The notes beneath the pieces were generated by a model that was not told the DNA's origin, searched no databases, and saw only the letters and a program-made list of their open reading frames with translations. Below, piece after piece: positions 26,661-38,000 of a stretch of 64,000 nucleotides of DNA. The DNA is from Phoronis australis. Its lineage: Eukaryota; Animalia; Phoronida. The stretch covers positions 1,055,038 through 1,119,037 of the forward strand of contig NMRA01000042.1 of assembly GCA_002633005.1 (NCBI GenBank), written 5' to 3'. The first letter of the stretch is position 1. Each line of letters starts with the position of its first letter. The position numbers and the translations under genes are program-made.

Positions 26661-27740
26661 TTAAAGGGAAATGTCTAGCAGGTACAAAGTTACTGTATCG
26701 TACTGGTACCAAACATGCACTCCACTTCAGCAAAAGTCAGATTTCAACCAACTCTAAGTTAATCCCTCAATTCAGTTGAATCCGACATGCACTGGCACAC
26801 AATTATTTTACTAGTATATTCATATTGACAACACCCCGCCACAAAATAAATAAAATGACAAAACTCAATGGTCGTAAACTCTACCTGCCCTGTGCTACAT
26901 ACCTAGGTATTGATACTCTGTAAGTATCAGAAGACCATAAACAGGACAGAATACAAAAATGATGATTTTCCTCGAGTAAGACAGTTGCAGATTTTAAAAG
27001 ATCGTCAGACTACAGAACATTTGTCCCATCTCTTGAAATCTACAGAAACAACCGATCTACCGTCTCCGTATAACATTGTGGGATGTAGCATTTTTGGGGT
27101 ATCCCTTCCTTCGATCCTATTCTATTTTTAGTAACCTGGCTATAATAATAACTCTTCCAATTGGTGTCCACTCTATAAAAATGCACAACTATTAATGTTG
27201 TAGTCACTTTTTGTGTTTCTTCGTTGCTAGAAAACAACAGATATCTTGGTCACTAAACCCTTAAAGACATATCGGACTAAGAAGGAAAGTCAAGTAAAAG
27301 ACCATGAAACATTGACTTAATTAAGTGGGTGTTCCAGGAACCAAATTAAGTTGAACAATATTTTTTCTGAGATGGGATTCTCACCCACAAAATTGTTTTA
27401 TTTCAGTTTCAATTTTTAAACCTCGAAAGACAAAATAATTATATCATTGATTCTGGGTCTAATCTCTATACTAGAAATCAAACTTTATTTTTTTATTTTT
27501 TTCTGATATAATTTCTGTGCTCAAGCATGCAATGATTTTCTTGGATGATTTTCAAAAAAATCCTAGTTTGCACTTGATGATACTAACAAAAGCTACGAGT
27601 TTTTATTTGAAATCTCTTGTTCCTCGATACTGCACAGCACACACGCTTCTCCTCTAACATGGTTCATCAGCAAGATGGCGGACCACTCCGCTCAACGAAA
27701 ACCACGTGACTTTAACTCCAGTTATATTTATCTCAATGGG
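26661..27740 (+). repeat. ~1.1-kb interspersed repeat, copy 1 (TTAAAGG start, Kolobok-like)
   Basis: Colinear with 33222-34380 (GAAATGTCTAGC ... GACATATCGGACTAAGAAGGAAAGTCAAG ... CAAGATGGCGGACCACTC). Confidence 0.8.
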
Positions 27741-28061
27741 TTGCTGCTTGAAATCGACGTTGTTTTGTTTACATGTAAGGACAAAGGTCACATTTCCCAT
27801 GAGGCAAATGTGCTACGTCTGTTTTGCCATACCAAATAAGGAGACGTGTTTTGGCTTGCAGGAAAAATCGACAATGAACTGACGAACAGTTGACAGCCTT
27901 TTTTGAAATGTGAAACAAAAAGTAAAATGGTTTGACATCAGCAGAAATACGATAATTTCTACGAACAAAACCGTAAAAATACCTGGTGAACAGTTTGACT
28001 TCTGTTTTAGTGGCAGAGAACCACTACGAATAATATAACTTAGTCACCCGGTTAAAATTGC

Positions 28062-30048
28062 GGAGCGAGAAGACATGTTTTGAGGAGCTCTGCTGAGACG
28101 CCCCGCGAAATTCAAATTTTCATACCTTAGTTGTATTTATGCTTGCACGTTTTTAAATGATGGGTCGCTCTAAACAGAAGTAGACTATCGCTGATTATTC
28201 TGTGGCTACGAGGTCAGTTTCAATGAGTAGCAAAACTCGTACCGCACCCGAGACTGAGCCCGCGTGGCTTTCATCTATCAAAGAACAGTTAGCAGGTATG
28301 AGCTCAACTCTGTGGGAAATCGAGAATTCTATTGCAATAACTCACTCATTGGCGGAGGAAAGTAGCGAACGCTCTAAAAACAATGAAGCAAATATAAGGG
28401 CGCAGACGGAAGAAAATGAAAACCTGAAAAAACAAGTATGTAATATCGAGTTTCAATCACGCCGTTCAAACTTCAGATTCGGTGGCATACAAGAAAGCGA
28501 CGGGGAGTCCTGTAAAGAAAAGTTATGCTCCGTTTTTGAAAACGGTTTTCAACATAACAGACATCTCATTCGAGCGAGTGCATAGAACAGGAGTGAAAAA
28601 GAATGGAAAATCTCGGGCTGACATTGCGAAATTCACCTTTTTCGAACAAAGAGAAAAAATTTGGTTGTGGCGCAAGAACTTCAAGGGAACAGAATTCTTT
28701 GTGAATGAAGATTTCCCCTGGCTAATGGTACAGAGGAGAAAGCCGCTCATCCCGATTTTGAAAGATGCAAAGGCGTGTCCTTCAATAAAATCTGTTTTCC
28801 TAACCAGAGACACACTTCATGTTGATCGTAAGTCGTATTCTGTGAATAATTTTCAGGACATTCCTGCGTATTTGCGAGAGTCGTCAGGTTAAACAAGTCC
28901 AGTGACTGTATGTGAGTGTAGATGGTGTTTCCAAAATTTCATTAATTAAAGACTGCAAAATATTGTTTGGTTTATTGCTCATATAATATGCTTACACAGC
29001 TTTTTGCTGACGGTATGTTTTGTTTTTTTCCACGGTATGATAACTATTGACTTGACTTTGTTACAGATAGAACACTGCCAGTCTTTTCTTTGCTTGCTTT
29101 TAGGCATCGGCCCATTACATCTGCATGTAAAGTTGACTGATGTGGACAGTGTTCTATTCAGTTGAGTCTTTCATTGTGTCTACAACTGATTTGCATATCA
29201 ACACAGGTCTATGAATGCGGGTATCGTCTTAGCTGATGTCCAGTGTGTATCATGGAGGTGGTGAAGTACATTTTAGCCACGCGCTTTTTGTTTTTTTACA
29301 TATTTCTGGGCGAGATTTTTGTTGATTCACCAACTTGTGTACGTTCTACATGCATCACACTTAGTATTTTAATTGATATACCCGATTGGTCATGTCTTTT
29401 GTCGGAACATGGTTAGTATCTTATCTTTAAACTTCAGAGGGCTAAGGGACACAATTAAGAGAAAGGATGTCTTTGAATTTTTGAGACGGAAGTGTAGTGG
29501 TATCTATTGCTTGCAAGAAACTCATTTTATTGAATCAGAAATTTCTGTTATTAGGGCCCAGTGGGGATATGATGTTTTCATGAGCCCTGGAACAAGAGAA
29601 TCTAGAGGTGTCTGCATATTGCTAAATAATAACTTTGAATGTGAAGTTAGTAAAATCCATCTTGATGATAAATGAAACCTTGTTGTCATCGAATTACTTA
29701 TTGAAAATCGAGTCTCAATAACGTTAGCTAATATTTATGGTCCCAACAAGGATGAACCTGAATTTTTTAGAACCCTGCTTCAAGTAGTCTCTGACTACAA
29801 TTCAGAGTTCATAATCATTTGCGGCTACTAGAATTTGGTTCAGGATTTCAATCTTGACTGTTTAGGATACAAACACCAAAACAATCCGGCTGCAAGAAAA
29901 CAAGTTATCAGTCTGATGTCGCAGTTGATTTTGGTCGACCCGTGGCGGTTACGTAACCCAAATGCAACAAGCTATACTTGGTTCAGGATTAACAAATAAG
30001 CAAGCCCGTCTGTACTTTTTTCTAATGTCCGACGAATTTCAGGCCTCT
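28062..30048 (+). mobile_element. L1/Tx1-clade LINE 5' half: ORF1 (coiled coil + RRM) and ORF2 endonuclease, degenerate, 3'-truncated
   Basis: ORF1 (28202-28892) is frameshifted: EFQSRRSNFRFGGIQE..FERVHRTG..IAKFTF..FVNEDFP. ORF2 from 29409 reads ILSLNFRGL, IYCLQETH, SRGVCILL, NIYGPN, DPWRLRNP..YTW and ARL.FFL, with in-frame stops. No RT domain follows. Confidence 0.88.
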
Positions 30049-30065
30049 AATGCAGTAATGCCACC

Positions 30066-30450
30066 AACGATCTTCAAAATGACGCCATTCAAGATCATTT
30101 TCTGCAATACCACGCACGTAAAATCACCCGTCACGAAATTGTGGAAAACACGTCAATTCGCTACGTGGAGCAAGATGTGCTGCGTTTGAAAGTATTAGAG
30201 TCCCTTTTAATTGCTTTTGAGAAGCCTGTTTTGAATGAGCAGCAAACAGGGTCGCGCCGCACGTTACACTTGTTTGCATGACTTTTCTGTTACCCCAATT
30301 CATTGGTCATTCTTTGCAGTATTTCACACACGCCGTGTCTCACTGTGTGTGTTGTCAGCATATACTCTGTGGTGGCATAACTGCGTCATTTTATTTTCAC
30401 TTGAGAATGAAACAAGTATGTTTCGAAATATCGTGTGTCTTTTTATTATG
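30066..30450 (+). mobile_element. Penelope-like element 3' fragment (GIY-YIG C-terminus + pseudo-LTR)
   Basis: Frame 30066-30281 reads NDLQNDAIQDHFLQYHARKITRHEIVENTSIRYVEQDVLRLKVLESLLIAFEKPVLNEQQ..*. The AI..H....H, NT.I and RL.ILE.L.I....P.LN.Q patterns are typical of Penelope endonuclease ends. Confidence 0.75.
30398..30435 (+). ncRNA. Minimal hammerhead-ribozyme-like motif (variant core) in Penelope tail
   Basis: CAC-TTGAGAAT-GAAAC-AAGTAT-GTTTC-GAAA-TATC-GTG: a stem II hairpin followed by GAAA, closed by CAC/GTG. The core deviates from CUGANGA. Confidence 0.35.
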
Positions 30451-30619
30451 TCGCTAGGTCAGTTATTGTATCTATGTTCAGTTGAGAGTAGAGTTTTGTT
30501 CCGAAAGTATGAACGCAACGGAATAAAGACTGTGAACAATGAAAAGTGTCGTGCATTTAACAAATTCCATGATAAATGGGAATACACAATATTCACCTTA
30601 TTGCAGCGCCTTCAGGCTC

Positions 30620-30990
30620 ATGGGCCTATATCTGAATTAATGCCTTTTTATCCAAATGGTTCGCATATTGGCGCATGCTCCTAAGTTTCGCATATAAGCC
30701 CAGTTAATGTACACTGCATAGGCCCATACATTAATTCGCATATAGGCACGCCAGTTTTGATTACCGCTGTGATTCAATATGGCAATTTTTATACGTTTGC
30801 CTCTGCTTATTCGGAATTCCTTGGTGTTTTTTTCAAGTTTTCGTGAATAATTTTGTATCATCGTTTGCCGCGCGTATAGGTCAATGGGCTTATATCCGAA
30901 TTAATGCCCTTTTTGCGACCTTTTTTACCCAAGTGATTCGCATATTGGCGCATGCGCCTAAGTTTCGCTTATAAGCGCAGTTTCGCACAG
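30620..30990. repeat. Local direct duplication of an ~90-bp repeat module
   Basis: ATGGGC.TATATC.GAATTAATGCC...TTCGCATATTGGCGCATGC.CCTAAGTTTCGC occurs at ~30620 and ~30884. A related piece lies at ~57395. Confidence 0.7.
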
Positions 30991-31144
30991 ACGTTCATAG
31001 GCCTGATGGCGCGGCATTACGGTACATAAAACACAGAGATTAGGGTACCGAAATAAAATCTTCACTTGCTTGTCTAGTATTGTAGACGTCAAGTCCTTTC
31101 ATGTTTTGGTTACTGTTCTTCGTGACCTTGCTGCCATCTACATC

Positions 31145-31480
31145 CAACATGTACAAGTGCAGCAACTCGAAGTCATCTCCCAAGAGTGCCAAATCCAGTA
31201 TATCATTGTTTCACTTGGTTGTTGAGTACAGTGCTACCACCGAAATAAAAATAGAACACATCGCATACGCTAGCGCATATTACGTTAATGTCGTATACAA
31301 CCTGAAGAGTTCCATTTTGCCGATGAACTGGTTTATTGTCCACATGCAACATGTACAAGTGCAATAAGTCGAAGTGATTTTCCAAGAGCGCCAAATCCAA
31401 CAGAGTCATAGTCTCATTTTGTCGTTGAATACAGCACCACCACTTAGCGTACGTGTAACATAAATAAACAGTATAACACA
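31145..31480. repeat. ~200-bp tandem duplication upstream of the acetyltransferase
   Basis: CAACATGTACAAGTGCA..TCGAAGT..CCAAGAG.GCCAAATCCA occurs at 31145 and 31347. Confidence 0.7.
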
Positions 31481-31570
31481 ATGCATATGGAAATGTTAAT
31501 CCCGACCTAGTGGACACACGCGTTCTTGCTCGTGTTTAAGTATAGTCGAAGTTCTCTACTACTGTGTCGC

Positions 31571-32257
31571 ATGCAACCCGCTGAAATGAAAAACCGCAAC
31601 AACAACTTGCAGAAATGCGAAATCCTAATTAGACCTTTGAGGAGTTGTAAGGACGTGAAAGTGGTCTCTGGACTTAACTATCATCGGCTCAAGGAAATTT
31701 ACTTCCATCAATTTATCCGAGATGTTTGGAAACATCCGGTGACTTGGATTTACCTTGTAACAACGTTCATCGTAGCAGTGTTCCAGCTAGGATGGACATA
31801 CGGAATGGCAGTGACACTGGGGCTGGCAACCTTGATTTTTATTCGCAGTTCATACATTGGTTTTCGTTATATCAATAAATTGCGGAATGAGCAACTAATC
31901 ACGCTAAATAGCGACGGCACGGAAAGTTGGATAGCGCTCAGCGGGGAAAGTATTGTGGGATTTGCTGTTTTGGAGAGACATAGAAATATGCCGGAATGGT
32001 CAAAACTTGTATGCATTGGCGTGGTGAAAGAATTTCGGAGGCGGCAAATTGCTCAAAGATTGATGAAAACAGCTATCGAGTATACCAAGCAGAATGGATT
32101 TACAGGAATGAAGATTGCAGTTTTGGCTACAAATGACGGTCCAAGGCGGTTGTACGAAAATATGGGGTTCAAATTCCTGAAACATGGTGTTTCTCGGGGA
32201 ACTGTCCTGCCGTTTGGCGTACAGTTTATATTTCGCCATTACTTCCAAACTGTGTAG
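31571..32257 (+). CDS. NAT8/camello-like GNAT N-acetyltransferase with hydrophobic membrane anchor, intronless
   Basis: 228-aa ORF. It has N-terminal ILIRP, a hydrophobic segment (WIYLVTTFIVAVF..LGLATLIFI), WIA..GESIVGFAVL, motif A IGVVKEFRRRQIAQRLM and motif B TNDGPRRLYENMGF. Confidence 0.85.
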   Translation: MQPAEMKNRNNNLQKCEILIRPLRSCKDVKVVSGLNYHRLKEIYFHQFIRDVWKHPVTWIYLVTTFIVAVFQLGWTYGMAVTLGLATLIFIRSSYIGFRYINKLRNEQLITLNSDGTESWIALSGESIVGFAVLERHRNMPEWSKLVCIGVVKEFRRRQIAQRLMKTAIEYTKQNGFTGMKIAVLATNDGPRRLYENMGFKFLKHGVSRGTVLPFGVQFIFRHYFQTV

Positions 32258-33221
32258 CTGGGGAAACGACTCAATTCGAAGAAACTAGTAGGTCTATTGC
32301 AGGTTTTCAACCATTGTACAATAGAACTATATAGACGTCGCGATGTGTGATAGAGGTATAGATGGCGAACTGGCAGAGTTCGGTTCTCAGCCTTTCTTTT
32401 CTTAGCCTTAAATGTATGAAGACATTAAAATAAAATGTCATACCACGATTACCTTTTATACTGCGAACATCTCGCGTACCTCAATGTATTTAATGAGGTA
32501 AACTAGGTGTGTTCCCATGTTTGCTGTAGTCCCCCATTAGTACTCCGTCAGTTTCTCGTCATTTAGGCTATATCACTTTATCTAAACGTTGTATTCTTGG
32601 AAGATATTGATTCTATTATTATCTGTGTAGGATTTAGGAGTCAGATTTATTAAGGTATCTGTTATATTTTCGAATTTTATTTGAATTGTAAGTGTGTGCA
32701 GATGGTGGCCGTTCAGTGGAGCGGAAGCTCAAGGTCAACTGAGATGGGTCAATGGTAAAATGGCTTGAAATATGGAAATACAATTCTCGTGGGGTACGAA
32801 ATGTTAAATGCATGAGAAATGCCATATCAAAATTTTTTGATTTTCTCTGAAATCAAATAGTGTTAAGCATAAAGGATAGCAAGGCATTCGATAAAATATC
32901 CTCCTAAAATGTGAATAAGGGAAGTCACATAACTACGTTTCTTTGTGATTAGGCATATGTGTAGTCCTCATTCAAGTTAACTATGTGTTTGCATTTTGCA
33001 CATGCTACATGTAGGCCTATAACCACATTCCTGATCTGTTTTATTGTTCAGCAATTGCAATTACGTTACTTAACTGCAGACGAAATGTCAAATACGGGAC
33101 CCCGATTTTAATACCAAATTTCAATTAGTGAAGTCGCATTATTGGGCCTCCTTCATCAATATTGAACTAAGCATACACAGGTGTGTATACTGAGGCATTC
33201 AGGTGTGATAATGCGGGTTAG

Positions 33222-34380
33222 CAAAAGAGAAATGTCTAGCTAAAACAAAGTTACTGTACCGTACTGGTACATGCACTCCAATATTCAGCAAAACCCAGAT
33301 TTCAACCAACTCTAATTTAATCCCGCAATTCAGTTGGATCAGACATATACGGGCACACAATTATGTTACATTTATACTGACAATTCCCCTACCGCCACAA
33401 CATAAATATGACAAACCGCAATGGTCATAAACCCTATCTTCCCTGTCTTACATACTCAGGCATTAGTACACACAGAAGACCGCTAAGAAAACAAAATATA
33501 AAAATGATGGTTTTCCTCAGGTAAGACAATTACATATTTTAATAGATTGCCAGGCTACATAATATTTATTCCATTTCTTGAAATCTATAGAAACAACCCA
33601 TCTACCGTCCCAATATATCAGTGTGGGATGTAGCATTCTTGGTTGTCCCGTCCTTCGATCCTGCCCTATTCGTAATAACCTGACTTTATTAACAACTCTT
33701 CGAATTGTTGTTCACTCCGTAAAAATGTACAACTATTAATCTTGTATTCACTTTTTGTTTTTTGTTTTTTTCGTAGCTAGAAAACAACAGATATCTCGGA
33801 GAGAATAAGGTCATTTATCCCTTCAAGACATATCGGACTAAGAAGGAAAGTCAAGCAAAGACCATGAAACATCGACTTGAGTGGTTGTTCTAGGGACCAA
33901 ATGAAGTTGAATAATGACGTTTCTGCGATCGGATTCTCACCCACAAAATCATTTTATTTTAGTTTGAATTTTGAAACCTTGAAAGACCAAAAACTATATC
34001 ATTGATTCTGGGTTATACTGGAAATTAAATTTTATTTTTGATGTTTTCTGCAATAACTAAAGATAAGTGTCAAGACCCTTTAATTCTGTGTTCAAGCATG
34101 CAATGATTTTCTTGGATGATTTTTCTAAAAATCTTAGTTTGCACTTGATGATCCTGACATTAAAGCTATGAGTTTTTTTCTTGATACCTGGTGTATCTAC
34201 CAATATTGGTTCCTAGATATTACCGATTACATACGCATCTCAAATAACATGGTTCATCAGCAAGATGGAGGACCACTCAGCTCAATGAAAACCACGTGAT
34301 GTCTAGCTATATTTATCCAATGAGCTATAGCTCATTGATTTATCCTAGGACCAGTATATTACTCCCAGATTTATCTCATT
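33222..34380 (+). repeat. ~1.1-kb interspersed repeat, copy 2
   Basis: Direct-orientation homolog of 26661-27740. Confidence 0.8.
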
Positions 34381-34381
34381 G

Positions 34382-35080
34382 TGTATAATAAATACATATC
34401 TGGCCGATTTTACCGGTGTGTTATTCATTCTGTATGAATTCCTATCTGGTTCTCTGCGTGCCGCTAGGTGGTCAGTAGCCAGCACGCAGGTATCGCTTAA
34501 TTTTCATACAGTATGAATAACACATCGGTTAAATCGGCCAGATATGTGTTTATTGTACATGTATGTGTTTCAAGCACGCGGCTTTTAAACAGCACTGCAG
34601 AAACGAAATAGTTGCTGCGACGCCACTTGCAAAACAAGGCTAAAAATCGTTCACAGTCCGCCATTTTTCACGGTGTTGTAAAGCTAACCAATGATTGTTG
34701 AGGTTGCATCAAGCAATGCTAAATCGCGTCCCACTGCATGATACCTGCTTGCTGGCTAGGCACGCGGTAAGGAACCAGCGAGTATGAATACAGGACAGTA
34801 ATGTAAACAAAAGTCATCGACAGTAGAAAGATGCAATCCGAAAATGAGCACTACCACAATTTCTCGGATTCACATTTCCTGAACATAAATTTTAAGCACC
34901 GATTTGTGTGTACAACAGACCACATTTACACTTCAGTCCATCAATCATGCCAGTTTGTTTGCTTAAAGCGTTGCCTGTTGAGAATTCGACTAGCCAATAA
35001 GAAACGCCGGTATGAAAAAATTTCCCCAGGACCTGCGTGTTGGCTACTGACCACCTAGCGGCACTCAGGGAACCAGCGAG
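34382..35080. mobile_element. MITE family A copy containing a second, inverted family A copy (34442-34782)
   Basis: The inner copy is bounded by family TIRs with TSD TATGAATTC/TATGAATAC. The outer copy ends in GGGAACCAGCGAG at 35080. Confidence 0.75.
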
Positions 35081-35550
35081 GGATAACTAAAAGCTGGCCC
35101 TCTGTCGGTTTCATTGATGAGACACGCCGGCCGGGACCGTCATCGGGCTCCCGAATGACAGTAAAGAAAAATCATTCCTATCGTCAACGTATGAGCAATA
35201 GAAAGATTTATTTTGACGTGGACAAATCCCTCGGTTGACAAAAGTTTTTCCCTACTGTACCCCGCGCTATTCCGTAATTCCCACTTCACGACCTCAGGTT
35301 TTGCCGTCCAGGCCCAGGTTGACGTCAGTGTTGCCCCTAACCGCGGCCGCCTGCCACGTGATTTGGCGGTCATACGGTAGACCGTCACAGTGAAGAAATT
35401 GACCTATCGCCAGGATTATGTCGGACGGCTTAATTGACCAATCAGAACGCAGCATTCCTGGCACACCTTCGTCTGCGTTTCCAAGCCGCCATTTTACCCG
35501 ACAAACAACACGTACGAGTTAAACTTACTTTAAGAAATTGTCCGATAAGA

Positions 35551-35766
35551 ATGGGGAAACGGTGTTGATATGGCGTGTGTATCACCGAAAGCCGTTATGC
35601 TGCTCCAGAATAATATCCTGTCATTTTCTGGAATGTCCTAAGCCGAAAAATGATGTTGAAAAGCGTAAACTATGGATCAATCCGTACGGCCACACGAGCA
35701 GCTGAACTTAGCGATGTTGCTTGATAACTCGAAGGCTATAATAAACACAAATATATTAGTTCCAAG
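35551..35766 (+). pseudogene. Degenerate THAP zinc-finger coding remnant of a DNA transposon
   Basis: MGKRC*YGVCITESRY...PKPKNDVEKRKLWIN..RPHEQLN..KYISSK across stops and frameshifts. This fits the THAP pattern M.KRC..G.C..DSRY..FPKP..W...GRPH.QLN..Y.CSK. Confidence 0.6.
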
Positions 35767-36531
35767 ATACGCACTCTTCAGCTTGGTGACTGTGGTGCAG
35801 GGCTATCTCAGATTTTGACTCCCGAGTTTCCTACGTCTGGCCGCCTTTGTCTCGGCACCTCAGTGCTGGATCTCAGCACTCAAGCGGTAGTCCCCGGAAA
35901 TTGTTGTTTTCAAGGACATTTTTATTTTATGTTTTTTTTATTTATTTCAACCTAATGGACATTATTTTGTTTCGTATCAGAGGTACATTTTTGCTATTCA
36001 TAATTCGTAGGCTGGCGTTCAACTGAACTTCTCTCCCAGTCAAAATTCAGAGATGCTGTCGATCGGCACAGGGAAGGGCACTGGATTACTGCCGGAACAC
36101 AAAGCCTTGGTCGAGCTGTTGTCACTAAAAATAAACTGTTGAATTACTTTTTGACGTGCACCTCTAGTATACACTATGTATGTAGACTCGGAGTTAGACA
36201 GAGCTCATTTTGAAGTTGTTCAAACATGATATTTAAATTTATGAAGCTTTAAAAAAGAATTTGAGTTATTTTTGTAAATACCCTATTTTTGCAACTACCG
36301 CACCAGACTTGTAATCTTTTGTAACCATACCACGACTTAGTGATATCATGCTACCTTCAAAATTAAATGAAAGCTACCTTTATGGAATGAAACTACAAAA
36401 AATGCCAAGTTCATAAGAAGGTAGGCCTAATTTAAATGTCTTAATGGTGCAAACGGACAATTCCATAGGCTGCCGCAAGCAAAATGAAACAGCAAGAGCG
36501 TGAAGCGTGAGGAAATATTGAGTTCAGTAAC

Positions 36532-36757
36532 TAGGACCGGTAGCGGAAGAGGGGGGGGTTCAGACCCCAGATCGCAGCGGAATCGTGTTCCTGTTTTTTT
36601 TTAGTCCACTGATAGCTTTTCTGAACAGAAGGTCCAACGGTCTTCATCCCTGGCCCCTGCAACATTCGGGCTGCCTGTGCACATACAATCGCACTTTGCC
36701 CAATTCCACGAGGCAACATATGTTGGGCCTCCCTGTGGTATCCTAGATCCGCCACTG
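36532..36757. mobile_element. hAT-like MITE (CAGTGGCGGATCTAG terminus)
   Basis: The right end reads CTAGATCCGCCACTG. The body matches the insert within 7738-8159. Confidence 0.55.
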
Positions 36758-37841
36758 AATTCCAGACATTAATTTGACTTAGACGCCCGGCACAGCCCTA
36801 GACCTACCGGAGCTAACTGTTTGCCTAGGACGAGATGTGTATACCTGAGCTATGAACCTGAATTTTTTTATCAAAATATTTCGTTACAAGATTAGAAACG
36901 CGTAAACAGTGCTATCGAGTCGACCTAGTTAGAGACTATAGTACATGTGTTGTCTGTAATCTATGACCTACCTTACTCCAGGAGTCCCACCAGTTGTGAC
37001 CTACTTTTCATTTGGCGAAATTTAGCAGACGACAGAATAAAAATATCGGTGAATCTTCACTGATTTTATTCGAAAGATCATGAAATCTATGGAATCGTTC
37101 AGATAATTCGTCTTTAAGGTACATACTCAGCATTACATGAACATATGGTATCAGTGGCCTTGTCATTTGTCAGGTGAAGGTGGCCCCGATGCGGCCGAGG
37201 GGTTCTTCGGATTTTCGCTGGCTCCACGAGCACTTATTTTTTCATCGTCACCTTCACAAATTCCCGTATCATGAACGTACGATTCTCTGTTGAAAAGCAT
37301 CGCCTCTTGTCTCTGTCGAAGCGTTTTCAAATAGTGCAAAAACACTCATCGATTCCAGCAGGAACGTCGTTTAGCGAACGTGTATTTGCCTCTGACATCC
37401 CGTTCGATTGTCGGGTATCACGTGACTTTTCGCATAGGGGCGGAGCGTGCGATAGGTCAATTGACCATGCAGCGTGATTTCCAATAAGAGATTCCAGAGG
37501 CCATTGATCATCATGTGTAAATGTAAACCCTACCCCACCGATGTCCATTCCTTTTAGACCAGTTTGCCGTGCGGAGGCCCGTCTTAGTTGATCGGGCCGC
37601 TCCGCACTCAGGCATCAAGGTAGGCCTGAACTACACGGCTAAGGGACTACAAAATACCGTGTCGTACGTAAAAACGCGACTCACGTACCTGCAAACACCT
37701 TTCACTCAGTGATTCAAATTTACGGAGTGGACTCACAAAACACGACTCCTTCACCCCCAAAAAGCACTGGGAGTACATTCACTTAGAAATACAATACATG
37801 GACCGCCAAACACGGTTCATTCCGATAATGCATGCCATATA

Positions 37842-38000
37842 CAGGAGCGGGTCGAGGATTTTTAGTTAGAGAAGCCAGCCGAGGGCAGAGTATTAGCTAG
37901 GATTTTGCCCGTCAGACATTCGCACCCCCGAACTGCCAAATGGAATCTGGGAGAGTTTTAAGGGAGAACATGCCCCCCTCCCCCTCTAAATCCGCCTCAG
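37842..38000. mobile_element. hAT-like MITE
   Basis: CAGGAGCGGGTC...CTAAATCCGCCTCAG, with the body similar to 44038-44165 in reverse. Flanks are ATATA/AAATA. Confidence 0.55.
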
